Shown here piece by piece: positions 30,647 through 39,715 of a stretch of 64,000 bases of DNA. Under the pieces are notes generated by a model that saw only the letters and a list, made by a program, of their open reading frames with translations, ran no database searches and was not told the DNA's origin. Positions within the stretch are counted from its first letter, which is position 1. Each line of letters opens with the position of its first letter. This stretch comes from an uncultured Methanosarcinaceae archaeon. Its GTDB lineage: Archaea > Halobacteriota > Methanosarcinia > Methanosarcinales > Methanosarcinaceae. Location of the stretch: assembly GCA_963847185.1 (NCBI GenBank), contig CAWJYV010000010.1, forward strand, positions 640,001-704,000. The letters run 5' to 3'. Made by a program: the position numbers and the translations under genes.

Positions 30647-31192
30647 TTATCTTTTAATTTTCGACATCACACTCTGAGTAATCAGTTTTTCGTACTTTCT
30701 CCAGGTATTTTCATCAATTTCAGGCATAGATATACTATGAGCTTCACTTCTCGCAGGAGCGGTGCAGGAGTCGATTACTTTCTGGATGGCGGCAGGATCT
30801 TTATTTCCAACCATATCTATGACTTTTATTTCTCTGAGAAAGCGGGTGATTGCAGTCATCGGGATTTCATTTAAGTAGGGCAGGGATGCTTTTGAACCGA
30901 CTATTTTTCGCGAGCCTGCCATTGTAGAAACGCCATTTTCAGCAAGTGCAATCAGGGACTGACCTGGAAAATGGGCACTATCTTCTCCGCAGACGACCAG
31001 GCAGGTTATATTCGGGTTTGCAAGAACATTTGCAATTATTTTCTCAATCCCGAAGTTCTCAGAAAAGCAAGTTCCGCAGATAGCATAATTTTTCAGGTTC
31101 CAGATTCTATAGTCAGAGGTAAGAGTCACTACAGCTACGCTTGAATTTACATTCCCTATTACATAGTCACCATCAGTTACAGGCCACTCCAT
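30647..31192 (-). CDS. Soluble MtrA/MtxA-like corrinoid protein
   Basis: WP..GDY.IG, AVVTL, ENFGIEKIIANVLANPNI, CGE...H.PGQSL; no C-terminal membrane anchor. Confidence 0.85.
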   Translation of the reverse strand: MEWPVTDGDYVIGNVNSSVAVVTLTSDYRIWNLKNYAICGTCFSENFGIEKIIANVLANPNITCLVVCGEDSAHFPGQSLIALAENGVSTMAGSRKIVGSKASLPYLNEIPMTAITRFLREIKVIDMVGNKDPAAIQKVIDSCTAPARSEAHSISMPEIDENTWRKYEKLITQSVMSKIKR

Positions 31193-31310
31193 AATATCGC
31201 TCCTGATCTCAAAAGGCAGTATCTCACTTGATTACTCAGAATAATGTTGTTTTTCTGAAACTTATACTATATGTTTTCACTGGATTATCATATCACTTTT
31301 ATAAGCTCAA

Positions 31311-32681
31311 CTATTCTCCTAAATCCTCAGAAATGCCTGCTGAAATTCTCTCGGCTTCAATTTCTGCCAGTCTTTCTTTTTCGATTTTTATAAGCCTGAA
31401 TGAGAGAAAAACAACTATGTATATTATTGCGGCTGCGATAAGGAAGGAAATTGCTCCGAAATGTGTATAGAGAAGGCCACCTGCCAGAAGGCCGATTATA
31501 CTTGCCAGGCTACTTGCACTCATGGCAAACCCCTGTACTGAGCCCTGATACTTATTTCCTGCAAATTTTGAGAGGATAGAGAGGATAGAGGGCCACATGA
31601 TTCCGTTTCCAAGCGCAAAAAAGACAGCTGCTATATATAAAAGGAAAAAATTTCCGGGGACTATGAGGATGAACTGCAGGCCAAGGATGAAGCCTCCACC
31701 GACTACCAGAAGCGATTCCCGATACCTTTTAGCAAGTCTTCCAAGAACAGGTCCCTGCACGAAAGCCATAAGGGCACTAATAACGGAGAAATAAATGCCA
31801 AGTGTGGCAGGATTCCATTCAAGGGCTGCAACAGCAAATATCGGGAATGCAGTATAATATATATTAAAACCCAGAAAGATAAGAAAATAAAGGGTCAGCA
31901 TGAAAGGGATATACTCAAGCTTGAAAATCTCGTTGAAGGTAACTTTATTTTCTCCTTCTACACGATAACATTCCTTTTGCTCCTGTCCAAGTACTTTCCT
32001 TATACTTTCAGGTTCGGAGTATCTTTCAATTTTGCAGGGTTTGGAATCAGGTAGGAAGAATATCACGACAAGAGCCCCTATAACTGAAATTACAAGGGCT
32101 GCAGACACAGGGAGAAGTTCACCGTAAACAGTTGCCCCGAGGAGACCTGCAAGGGCAGGGCCGACTACATATCCAAGATTGGAGGCAACAGACATCCTTC
32201 CATAGTTTTTGTTTCTATCCTCTTCGGATGTCAGGTCTGCAAGATACGCGTTTGCCACAGATATGTTTCCTCCTGTAGCCCCATCAAGAGCTCTGCCACA
32301 GAAAAGCGCAAACAGAGGAAGGGTGACTGTAAATGTACCAAGAAATTCGGAGTTAACTTCTATTAAAGGGATTATCGGCAGGAAGAGCGCGGAAAGAAAG
32401 ATTATCCATCCAATAACGGTCCCAATCTGGCTCAATAACAGAATTTTTTTCCTCCCATAAAGGTCAGACCAGCGCCCCAGAACAGGAGCTCCGATGAGCT
32501 GGAAGAAAGGATAAGTGGAAGTCAGCAGGCCGTAGATAAGTGCATTTCCTTTGTAGTCAGTCACGAGAAATACGAGAAAAGTGAGGATAACCCCGAATCC
32601 CAGGGTTCCTATGAATGTGATCGTATATAAGGGAAAAAGTGCCTTCCCTTCTACAGATGAGGATTCTGAATCCCGAATCAT
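31311..32681 (-). CDS. MFS transporter (TetA/DHA1-like)
   Basis: GRWSDLYGRK motif A, RALDGATGGN, ~12 hydrophobic segments. Confidence 0.9.
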   Translation of the reverse strand: MIRDSESSSVEGKALFPLYTITFIGTLGFGVILTFLVFLVTDYKGNALIYGLLTSTYPFFQLIGAPVLGRWSDLYGRKKILLLSQIGTVIGWIIFLSALFLPIIPLIEVNSEFLGTFTVTLPLFALFCGRALDGATGGNISVANAYLADLTSEEDRNKNYGRMSVASNLGYVVGPALAGLLGATVYGELLPVSAALVISVIGALVVIFFLPDSKPCKIERYSEPESIRKVLGQEQKECYRVEGENKVTFNEIFKLEYIPFMLTLYFLIFLGFNIYYTAFPIFAVAALEWNPATLGIYFSVISALMAFVQGPVLGRLAKRYRESLLVVGGGFILGLQFILIVPGNFFLLYIAAVFFALGNGIMWPSILSILSKFAGNKYQGSVQGFAMSASSLASIIGLLAGGLLYTHFGAISFLIAAAIIYIVVFLSFRLIKIEKERLAEIEAERISAGISEDLGE

Positions 32682-33299
32682 CCATAGATAGTATGTTTAC
32701 TTCATGCCTTATAGTATTTCATATCTAAATTTTCGAGTTTCGATGTGGCTTCTTTCGGAGTAAATGAATGCTATTCTTTCATTTCTCTATGAAAAATACC
32801 GCTAAACACAGGCCAAGAGTCACTTTCCCGGTGTTGTTTCCAGAATGCCTTTTTCTGGAAAGGTTCTAAACTCTTCTCATTTGTATCCCATGTCGAGACT
32901 TAAACGTGAGGTCAAGCTAAGTCTTTAGACAATATCTAAAATCTGGACATTCTGTACTTAAGAACAGCTCATTAAGAGGTTTTTATGTTATTTGGGAGCT
33001 GTATGAGGAACTAATTAACGCCTGAAATGATTCTTTTTGCTTTATTCGCATTCTAGCCGCTTTCAGAGATTTTATAAAGAATAAAAAGATGAATAATACG
33101 TGAAAACTACCTTTTGCTTTTCTCGGAGACTTTTTAATTGATATAGGAGTTTATATACTGATTTATTTAAATTTGGAGTTTCCATCATCTATTATCAAGG
33201 TAAATAAAGTATTATCAAGTTTTAAACCCTTTACGCATAGCAATATTCAGGACTGTTATAAAAAGTATACTTATATTCTAATTTTACAATATGAGTTTA

Positions 33300-33785
33300 G
33301 TCCCAGGTTGCTTCCCTTGAAATAAAGCAAAAGTCGGGAGCAATATACGGGAAATTAAAAGATCTTTAAATTTGAAGGAATAAAGATCTCTCTAAAAAAT
33401 AAGAAGGAAACTTCGAAAAACGAGGAACAAACACGGAGAAAATTGAACACTAGTACGTTCAGTGTACGAAAGTTGCGATATCTGCTCTTTCAATTAAGTC
33501 TCTGTTCCTTCCGGAGATGCTGTGGCAGAAATCGCTACCAGATCCCGTGCAGGCAACCTGCATTATGCCTCTGAACAGGTACTGATTCAGAGTAGACGGT
33601 TGCACGACAACAGAAAGCACAGTTGTTGTATTTCTCTGTGATGAATAAAAACCCTGGATAAGCGGTAGAAAGGCGGTGTCTGATACTGAATGAATCGGGG
33701 TTACTACCTTACACAGAAGAATTTTTCAGGTAACACCTGAGGGCGGATCAGATGTTGCCTGAAAGATCTTTCTTATTTTTGGGTA
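33300..33785 (+). ncRNA. Candidate large structured non-coding RNA (unassigned)
   Basis: GC-richer island within a 1.3-kb ORF-free intergenic region. About 10 hairpins, a 14-bp closing stem, GAAA loops and a T-rich end; TATA-like boxes at 33256-33277. Confidence 0.5.
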
Positions 33786-34045
33786 GATATTTTCGAGATA
33801 GTTATTTCTAGCTTGCTATTTTCTGAATCTATTCTTTAATCATTAATGCTGTTTTTAGTCGTAATTTTATAAGTTGCTATTTGTGGCCGATTTTAAGTGT
33901 TATTCTCTGGGCCTTATTTTCAGTGTTACTTTGGAATTATTAATCTTCGAATCTTAATTCTTTAACTTCTTGTCCTTTACAGATGGATCTCGCAAAATAA
34001 AAGGCCTCGAAATATTCTTTATTCCAGAGTATTATTCGGTTATAT

Positions 34046-34717
34046 ATGTCAGTAATATATTGGAAGAATATTTCCGGAAAGAATATACCTTCAAGCCTGG
34101 ATTTATACCCTGTAATTTATCAGTATTTACAGGATGGATACAAAATTCTCGACATTGGATGCGGTTTTGGCAAGATTAGCCTGAAACTCGCTTCCCTCGG
34201 ATATTCTGTGACAGGGATAGACATTAATCATGAGGCAATAAGGCTTTCAAAAGTAGTTGCAGAGGAGGGAAGTACTTCAGGAAAGGCTGAATTTGCAGTC
34301 GGAAATGCTTCGGTACTTCCTTTTTCTGGAAAAAGTTTTGATCTTGCAGTCATGCAGGCTTTTCTGACCTCTGTACCTGACGCGCAGGAAAGAATAAAAA
34401 TCATAAAGGAAACCTTCAGGGTACTGAAACCCGGAGGCTGTCTCTATCTTGTAGAATTTGGACAGAACTGGCACCTTAAACTTTATAGGAACCGTTATCT
34501 CAGGGATTTCCCAGTTACAAAAGAAGAAGGATCTTTCCTTGCCCATAACCCTGAGACCGGAAAAGTAGAGTATATAGCACATCATTTCTCCGAAAAAGAA
34601 CTTGTACTTCTGATGGTAAATTGCGGGTTTGACATCGACTATTTCAGGATTGAAGAACTCAAAACCAGAACCGGAAATAAAATTAATGGTTTTGTTATCA
34701 TTGCTAAAAGACTTTGA
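34046..34717 (+). CDS. Class I SAM-dependent methyltransferase
   Basis: ILDIGCGFG, GIDIN, LPF...SFD, RVLKPGG. Confidence 0.9.
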   Translation: MSVIYWKNISGKNIPSSLDLYPVIYQYLQDGYKILDIGCGFGKISLKLASLGYSVTGIDINHEAIRLSKVVAEEGSTSGKAEFAVGNASVLPFSGKSFDLAVMQAFLTSVPDAQERIKIIKETFRVLKPGGCLYLVEFGQNWHLKLYRNRYLRDFPVTKEEGSFLAHNPETGKVEYIAHHFSEKELVLLMVNCGFDIDYFRIEELKTRTGNKINGFVIIAKRL

Positions 34718-34855
34718 AGTTCCGTGTTTCATCTTCACAGAGCTTATTTTAAGTGTTGGATCTGGGTAAATCTTCAGACTCACATCATTTTCTTCTTTAT
34801 CAGTATCTCCTCATCACTATCTTCCCATCACTATTTTTTCATCACTGTTTTCTCA

Positions 34856-35182
34856 TCAATTTATTCTGTCACTTAGATGAAGTCCAACTACGCCTGCCAC
34901 GACAAAGAATAGGGATGATATTTTAAGTGTGTTTACCGGTTCTTTAAAAAAGAAAATCCCAATAACAGTAATGAGAGCTGTCCCAAGCCCTGCCCATATT
35001 GCATATGCGATACTTACATCTATTCCCTTAAGGGAAAGGGTAAAAAAATAGAAACTGATGGCATAAAATACGAAAATTAAAATGGAAGGAAACAATCTTG
35101 AAAAACCCTCAGAAAGTTTCATGCATGTGGTTCCACAGACTTCAAAAACAATTGCCAGTAAGAGCAGGTAGTAATAATTCAT
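34856..35182 (-). CDS. SMR (EmrE/QacE-like) multidrug efflux protein
   Basis: AIVFEVCGT (Glu14 equivalent), KLSEGF, AYAIWAGLG. Confidence 0.92.
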   Translation of the reverse strand: MNYYYLLLLAIVFEVCGTTCMKLSEGFSRLFPSILIFVFYAISFYFFTLSLKGIDVSIAYAIWAGLGTALITVIGIFFFKEPVNTLKISSLFFVVAGVVGLHLSDRIN

Positions 35183-35404
35183 TAATCCACTGTTTATTTC
35201 TCCATCTATTAATTAGTTATTTTTTATTAAATTCTTCAACGATCTATTCTTGCAAAATTATATTTTTTTGATAATAGGCCAAAAAATGGTCACAATTAAA
35301 GTATCATACTTATTTTCTCCAGTTAAAACAGCCGCTGAAGCCTGTAAATTATTTTTTTCATTTTGTAATTTCTGTTCTTATGTATACTGCACATCCTAGA
35401 TACA

Positions 35405-35564
35405 TTTATATAGTATGAGAGCTTGGGTCATATTAGCAGTAAAAATAAAGAGCCATATAATCTGTTATTAAAAACCTCATTTTTGTTTTTAATAAAAGAG
35501 CGTATAGATCTTATTTTTATAGCAGCCTAAATGTATATCCGCTATAAGCGGAGGTGAAACAAAA
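35405..35564 (+). promoter_or_regulatory. TATA box and conserved structured 5' leader, copy 2
   Basis: TTTATATA; ATAATCTGTTATTAAAAAC..GTTTTTAATAA; TCCGCTATAAGCGGAGGTGA. Confidence 0.8.
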
Positions 35565-35789
35565 GTGAGTTTTAGTGACAGAGGAGGGCATTCCTTCAGA
35601 GGAAGAGATAGCAATCGGGGAAGTAGAGACAACAACCGTGGTGGTTTCAGAGGCGGCAGCAGCGGACCCAAAGAAATGTACCCAGCGGTTTGTTCTGACT
35701 GTGGCGTTGAGACCCAGGTTCCATTCAAGCCAGCTGAAGGAAGACCTGTTTACTGCAGAGACTGTCTCCCAAAACACAGAAAATTCTAA
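35565..35789 (+). CDS. RGG-rich CxxC-x17-CxxC microprotein (copy 2, GTG start)
   Basis: FRGRD..RGGFRGG...CSDC-x17-CRDC. Confidence 0.9.
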   Translation: MSFSDRGGHSFRGRDSNRGSRDNNRGGFRGGSSGPKEMYPAVCSDCGVETQVPFKPAEGRPVYCRDCLPKHRKF

Positions 35790-35989
35790 TTCCATAAATT
35801 CTGCATCTTCTAAGTTTTAGTGTTATAAATGGAAATCTCTGGAAACAGAATTTCCAAATCCACTTTATTCTAATGCTTATTTAACTCAAACTCTACAATT
35901 GATTTCACCTATGCTCTAGAAGCTGATTTATTACAACAATCTCCCGATTTTGAGGAAGACGCTTTTATCCTTTTGGTTCTCTGGATTAG

Positions 35990-36139
35990 TTATATATAAC
36001 ATAAACAGATTTTTACAATTAGTAAAAATAATAAGACATAATCTGTTATTGAAAACTTCATTTTCGTTTTAAATAATAAATTATCTCTTATCATATTTTT
36101 ATAAATTATTTTATCCGCTATAAGCGGAGGTGAAACAAA
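35990..36139 (+). promoter_or_regulatory. TATA box and conserved structured 5' leader, copy 3
   Basis: TTATATA; ATAATCTGTTATTGAAAAC..GTTTTAAATAA; TCCGCTATAAGCGGAGGTGA. Confidence 0.8.
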
Positions 36140-36364
36140 ATGGGTTTTAATGACAGAGGAAACTCCTTCAGGGGAAGAGACAGCAGCCGGGGTGGCAGAG
36201 ACAGCGGCCGTAGTGGTGGTTTCAGAGGCGGTAACAGTGGCCCCAGAGAAATGCACAAGGTTACCTGTTCTGACTGCGGGGTTGAGACTGAAGTTCCGTT
36301 CAAACCAACCGAGGGACGGCCAGTGTACTGCAGAGAATGCCTTCCTAACCACAGAAAATTCTGA
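36140..36364 (+). CDS. RGG-rich CxxC-x17-CxxC microprotein (copy 3)
   Basis: CSDC-x17-CREC; near-identical to copy 5. Confidence 0.9.
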   Translation: MGFNDRGNSFRGRDSSRGGRDSGRSGGFRGGNSGPREMHKVTCSDCGVETEVPFKPTEGRPVYCRECLPNHRKF

Positions 36365-36567
36365 AATTTAATATCTCACTCGTAAGTGTTGATCTATAAA
36401 TTAATATATCAACACTTGTCCACTTTTATTCATGCTTTTTGTTAAACTTTTTTTCCCCTTCTTTCTACATCGGGCTTTAACCTCGTTTGCAAGAGTGGCA
36501 GCTTCATAACGAAGGTTACAGTAACTCAAGGTAAAAACATTTTTCACGGTATACTGATATGATAAAA

Positions 36568-36720
36568 CTTATATAATGTGATTGTATATGTAGCTCCAGT
36601 AAAATTAAGAGTCATATAATCTGTTATTAAAAACCTCATTTTTGGTTTTAATAAAAGAGCATATAGATCTTATTTTTATAGCGTATTAGGAAATCCGCTA
36701 TAAGCGGAGGTGAAACAAAA
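36568..36720 (+). promoter_or_regulatory. TATA box and conserved structured 5' leader, copy 4
   Basis: CTTATATA; ATAATCTGTTATTAAAAACC..GGTTTTAATAA; TCCGCTATAAGCGGAGGTGA. Confidence 0.8.
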
Positions 36721-36924
36721 ATGGGTTTTAATGACAGAGGAAATTCCTTCAGGGGAAGAGACAACAACCGCGGAGGTTTCGGAGGTCCTAAGGAAATGCA
36801 CACTGCAGTCTGCTCTGACTGCGGTGAAGAGACACAGGTACCTTTCAGGCCAGACCCTGACAGACCAGTCTATTGCAGAGAATGCCTTCCTAACCACAGG
36901 AAGCCTAGAGAGAACCGCTATTAA
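36721..36924 (+). CDS. RGG-rich CxxC-x17-CxxC microprotein (copy 4)
   Basis: CSDC-x17-CREC. Confidence 0.9.
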   Translation: MGFNDRGNSFRGRDNNRGGFGGPKEMHTAVCSDCGEETQVPFRPDPDRPVYCRECLPNHRKPRENRY

Positions 36925-37064
36925 CTCTCCTAATTCATTCATAATTTTGCTTGACATATTATGTCCGTTTTGCTGCTTGGGCAGGTCAAACGGACCACTT
37001 CTTTTTATACACTTAATTAAATGCCTATCTCTATTCTATGTTGCTCTGTTTTTTCATGGTAATA

Positions 37065-37217
37065 TTTATATAATCAAACTACTATGTAGGTATAGCTAAA
37101 AATAAAGAGACGTATAATCTGTTATTAAAAACCAGTTTTTGTTTTTAATCAATAAATTATATACAATCTTGTTTTTACCTTTTATCTCTTATCCGCTATA
37201 AGCGGAGGTGAAACAAA
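37065..37217 (+). promoter_or_regulatory. TATA box and conserved structured 5' leader, copy 5
   Basis: TTTATATA; ATAATCTGTTATTAAAAAC..GTTTTTAAT; TCCGCTATAAGCGGAGGTGA. Confidence 0.8.
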
Positions 37218-37442
37218 ATGGGTTTTAATGACAGAGGAAATTCCTTTAGAGGAAGAGACAGCAGCAGGGGCGGCAGAGACAGCGGCCGTAGTGGCGGTTT
37301 CAGAGGTGGCAACAGTGGCCCCAGAGAAATGCACAAGGTTACCTGTTCTGACTGTGGGGTTGAGACTGAAGTTCCGTTCAAACCAACCGAAGGACGGCCA
37401 GTGTACTGCAGAGAATGCCTTCCTAACCACAGAAGCTTTTAA
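37218..37442 (+). CDS. RGG-rich CxxC-x17-CxxC microprotein (copy 5)
   Basis: CSDC-x17-CREC. Confidence 0.9.
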   Translation: MGFNDRGNSFRGRDSSRGGRDSGRSGGFRGGNSGPREMHKVTCSDCGVETEVPFKPTEGRPVYCRECLPNHRSF

Positions 37443-37708
37443 ATATAATATATGATTTGAGTGTTAGTTTCATTTAATCTGGATTAACACTCTCTTCATT
37501 TCACTATTTGTTTTTTATTCCTTGTTTTTCATCTTTGTTTCTGTGAAAGCATTCCGTAGCCAGAACGTAATAAATTAACTCCATATGTTTGGAACAGTAA
37601 ATACGTTTAACGGCAATGATGAAAGAAAAACAATTGGAATGGAATAGAAAACATCTAAAACTAATATTGAGATTATTGAAATAAATTATCAGGATTGGAG
37701 GAATTAAT

Positions 37709-38059
37709 TTGGCTAATTACAGAAGCACTATTAGAAAGAAACAAGTAGGATCCAATAAACCGGTAGGCATGGGGGATACTCCTGAAGTAACGAGGGTGCG
37801 CACTCCTCGAAAGGACAGAAATGAAGTTCTGGCGACGGTCGGAAGCCTCTTAGGTTCAAAAAGAGTTACTCTCCAATGTATGGATGGAGTAGTCCGAATG
37901 GGCAGGATCCCCGGCTCCAAGAATAAGAAAATGTGGATTAGGGAAGGCGATATTGTGATTGCTAACCCGTGGGAAATTCAGGACTCAAAAGCTGATATTA
38001 CATGGAAATATACAAGACCTCAGATCGAATGGCTTGAAAGAAAAGGGTACCTTAATTAA
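37709..38059 (+). CDS. eif1a: Translation initiation factor aIF-1A (paralog 2)
   Basis: Same motifs as paralog 1; TTG start after GGAGG. Confidence 0.95.
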   Translation: MANYRSTIRKKQVGSNKPVGMGDTPEVTRVRTPRKDRNEVLATVGSLLGSKRVTLQCMDGVVRMGRIPGSKNKKMWIREGDIVIANPWEIQDSKADITWKYTRPQIEWLERKGYLN

Positions 38060-38176
38060 GTATTTAAGTTAATTAAATAAATTAAGGTAATTAGTGATTA
38101 AATAATTTGATAATTTGATAACTGAATAATTAGATGGTTAAAATTAAGGTACTTAAGATTTCTTTTATTAAATAAG

Positions 38177-38345
38177 TTATAATAGCTTTTCAATTTTGAG
38201 CAGTCTATCAGCTTCTTCTTTGCTCAAAATTCCTTTCATTAATATAGCTTCTTTAACAGGTATTTTCTTCTTAAGCACTTCTTTCGCGATTTCTGTTGCT
38301 TTAAGGTGCCCTATTTTAGGAGCAAGGGTGGTTACCGAGCAGGAC
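38177..38345 (-). pseudogene. C-terminal remnant of an aspartase/fumarase-family lyase
   Basis: VTTLAPKIGHLKATEIAKEVLKKKIPVKEAILMKGILSKEEADRLL matches FumaraseC_C-type ends. Confidence 0.65.
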
Positions 38346-38384
38346 TTAGTTAATCCTGCATTCGGAAGGTTAACGCAGTTAGAG

Positions 38385-38624
38385 CCCACATTCCGCAGTA
38401 TTTTTTGAAAATCACTATTTTTTCCGATAGCGTTTTTGGAACATCTCAAAATAATCTAAAATCAAAATGAAACTCGATGAAAATTGAATGCTATCGTTTT
38501 TTGGCCTCTAATTCATACATACCCACCTTTAATTCCTGCACAAAAATCCAATAAATTTACGTTAAATTGAAAATCGATAGCATTAAACACTATTAAAATA
38601 TGAAATTTTACTGCGGAAAGTGGG
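38385..38624. mobile_element. MITE, family B (IS1634-like), 240 bp with 6-bp target duplication
   Basis: TIRs CCCACATTCCGCAGTA / TACTGCGGAAAGTGGG, with TTAGAG directly repeated on both flanks. Confidence 0.85.
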
Positions 38625-38984
38625 TTAGAGATATATATTTTCACATAAAGCAGAGTACATGCTACCGCCAGCCAATTTCCAAACTTCACCTATCCCACTT
38701 AAAACCTTTGAGACTAATTATCAGAAACCAGAATCAAACCGATTGTAATCAGGTATGCGCTCATAGATTTGACTTAATTGCAAAGCAGTCATATTATTTC
38801 TTGAAATCAACCCATGTAAGAATTTTTTTAAAATTTAATTTTGGAGTTGCGAAAACAATCGCATAAACGAGTTAGATGCAAAAATAGCGCGCAAGAATGG
38901 AGGAAAAACTCTATCATATGTAACCCCGTAAAGTTTTCGAAACAATCCCTTGACATGTCAAACTTGTTGCAGTAGACTCAACCA

Positions 38985-39398
38985 CGAAGATCCTGATATT
39001 ATATTGAAATCGCATAGTTACTCTACGGACAAGCAGACTTTTTTCATCTTGGAAGCTGTCACTCAATATCTAACAGTGAAAAGCATTAAGGCAACGTTTG
39101 ATTTTCTGGCTAAGGCTGCACCTGGTAGCCGTCTTGTTTTCACATATGTTCGCAAGGACTTTCTCGATGGTCGAGTCATGTATGGCTGGGAGAAGTTCTA
39201 CAAAAAGCACGTGGTAAAAGATAAGATCTGGCTTTTCGGGATGAATCCGGATAAGTTGCCTAGCTTTCTAAATGAGTACGGCTGACAGGCAATCGAGGAC
39301 GTGGGTTACGATGAACTGGCTAAGAATATATTAAACCTACTGGTCGGACATTTGCTTCAACACCAATAGAAAGAATGGTTTATGCGGAAAAACTATAA
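38985..39398 (+). pseudogene. Remnant of an LCM/YktD-type SAM methyltransferase
   Basis: TFFILEAVTQYL...PGSRLVFTY...FLNEYG*, continuing past a TGA and a frameshift to ...IERMVYAEKL*. N-terminus missing. Confidence 0.6.
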
Positions 39399-39547
39399 GA
39401 GCTTTTTAAGGCAAAGATGATCAATATTTGTCTGGCTAGAAGACTGCGTTGAAAATTCTGTAAGTATCTTGTTTCAAAGAGCTTCCGGGCATAAATACAT
39501 CGCTTGCGAGAACTTTAATATAGTTTCAACCGTGTTATAGTAAGGGG

Positions 39548-39680
39548 GATCTCATTCTAAAACTCAATATTTGATTATTTGAATCTCATATTTTGAATGA
39601 CCAATCAGGTACTTTGAATGACCAATCAAGTTTCTGACCATGAAACAATCTGAAACTTATGGTTAGAATAAATGGGTTTA
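39548..39680. repeat. Degenerate MITE family A copy
   Basis: GATCTCATTCTAAAACT end, and CTCATATTTTGAATGACCAATCA matching 25151-25173. Internal duplication of TTTGAATGACCAATCA. Confidence 0.5.
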
Positions 39681-39715
39681 AGGAGATTCTAACATAAATA
39701 AAGGAGAAGTTAAAT

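Noticed and set aside
32733-32900. Possible MITE with weak inverted ends
   Set aside because: Only about 10 of 14 positions match and no target duplication is seen.
35182-35400. Guanidine riboswitch upstream of the SMR gene
   Set aside because: The upstream region is AT-rich with no ACG-loop twin hairpins or ykkC-like motif.
35440-37442. Regularly recurring sequence as a CRISPR array
   Set aside because: The units are ~550-nt gene duplications, not short repeats with unique spacers, and no cas genes are present.
35489-37455. Antisense and alternate-frame ORFs over the CxxC genes
   Set aside because: Shadow frames of the conserved coding sequence; the SD and TATA boxes support only the CxxC frame.
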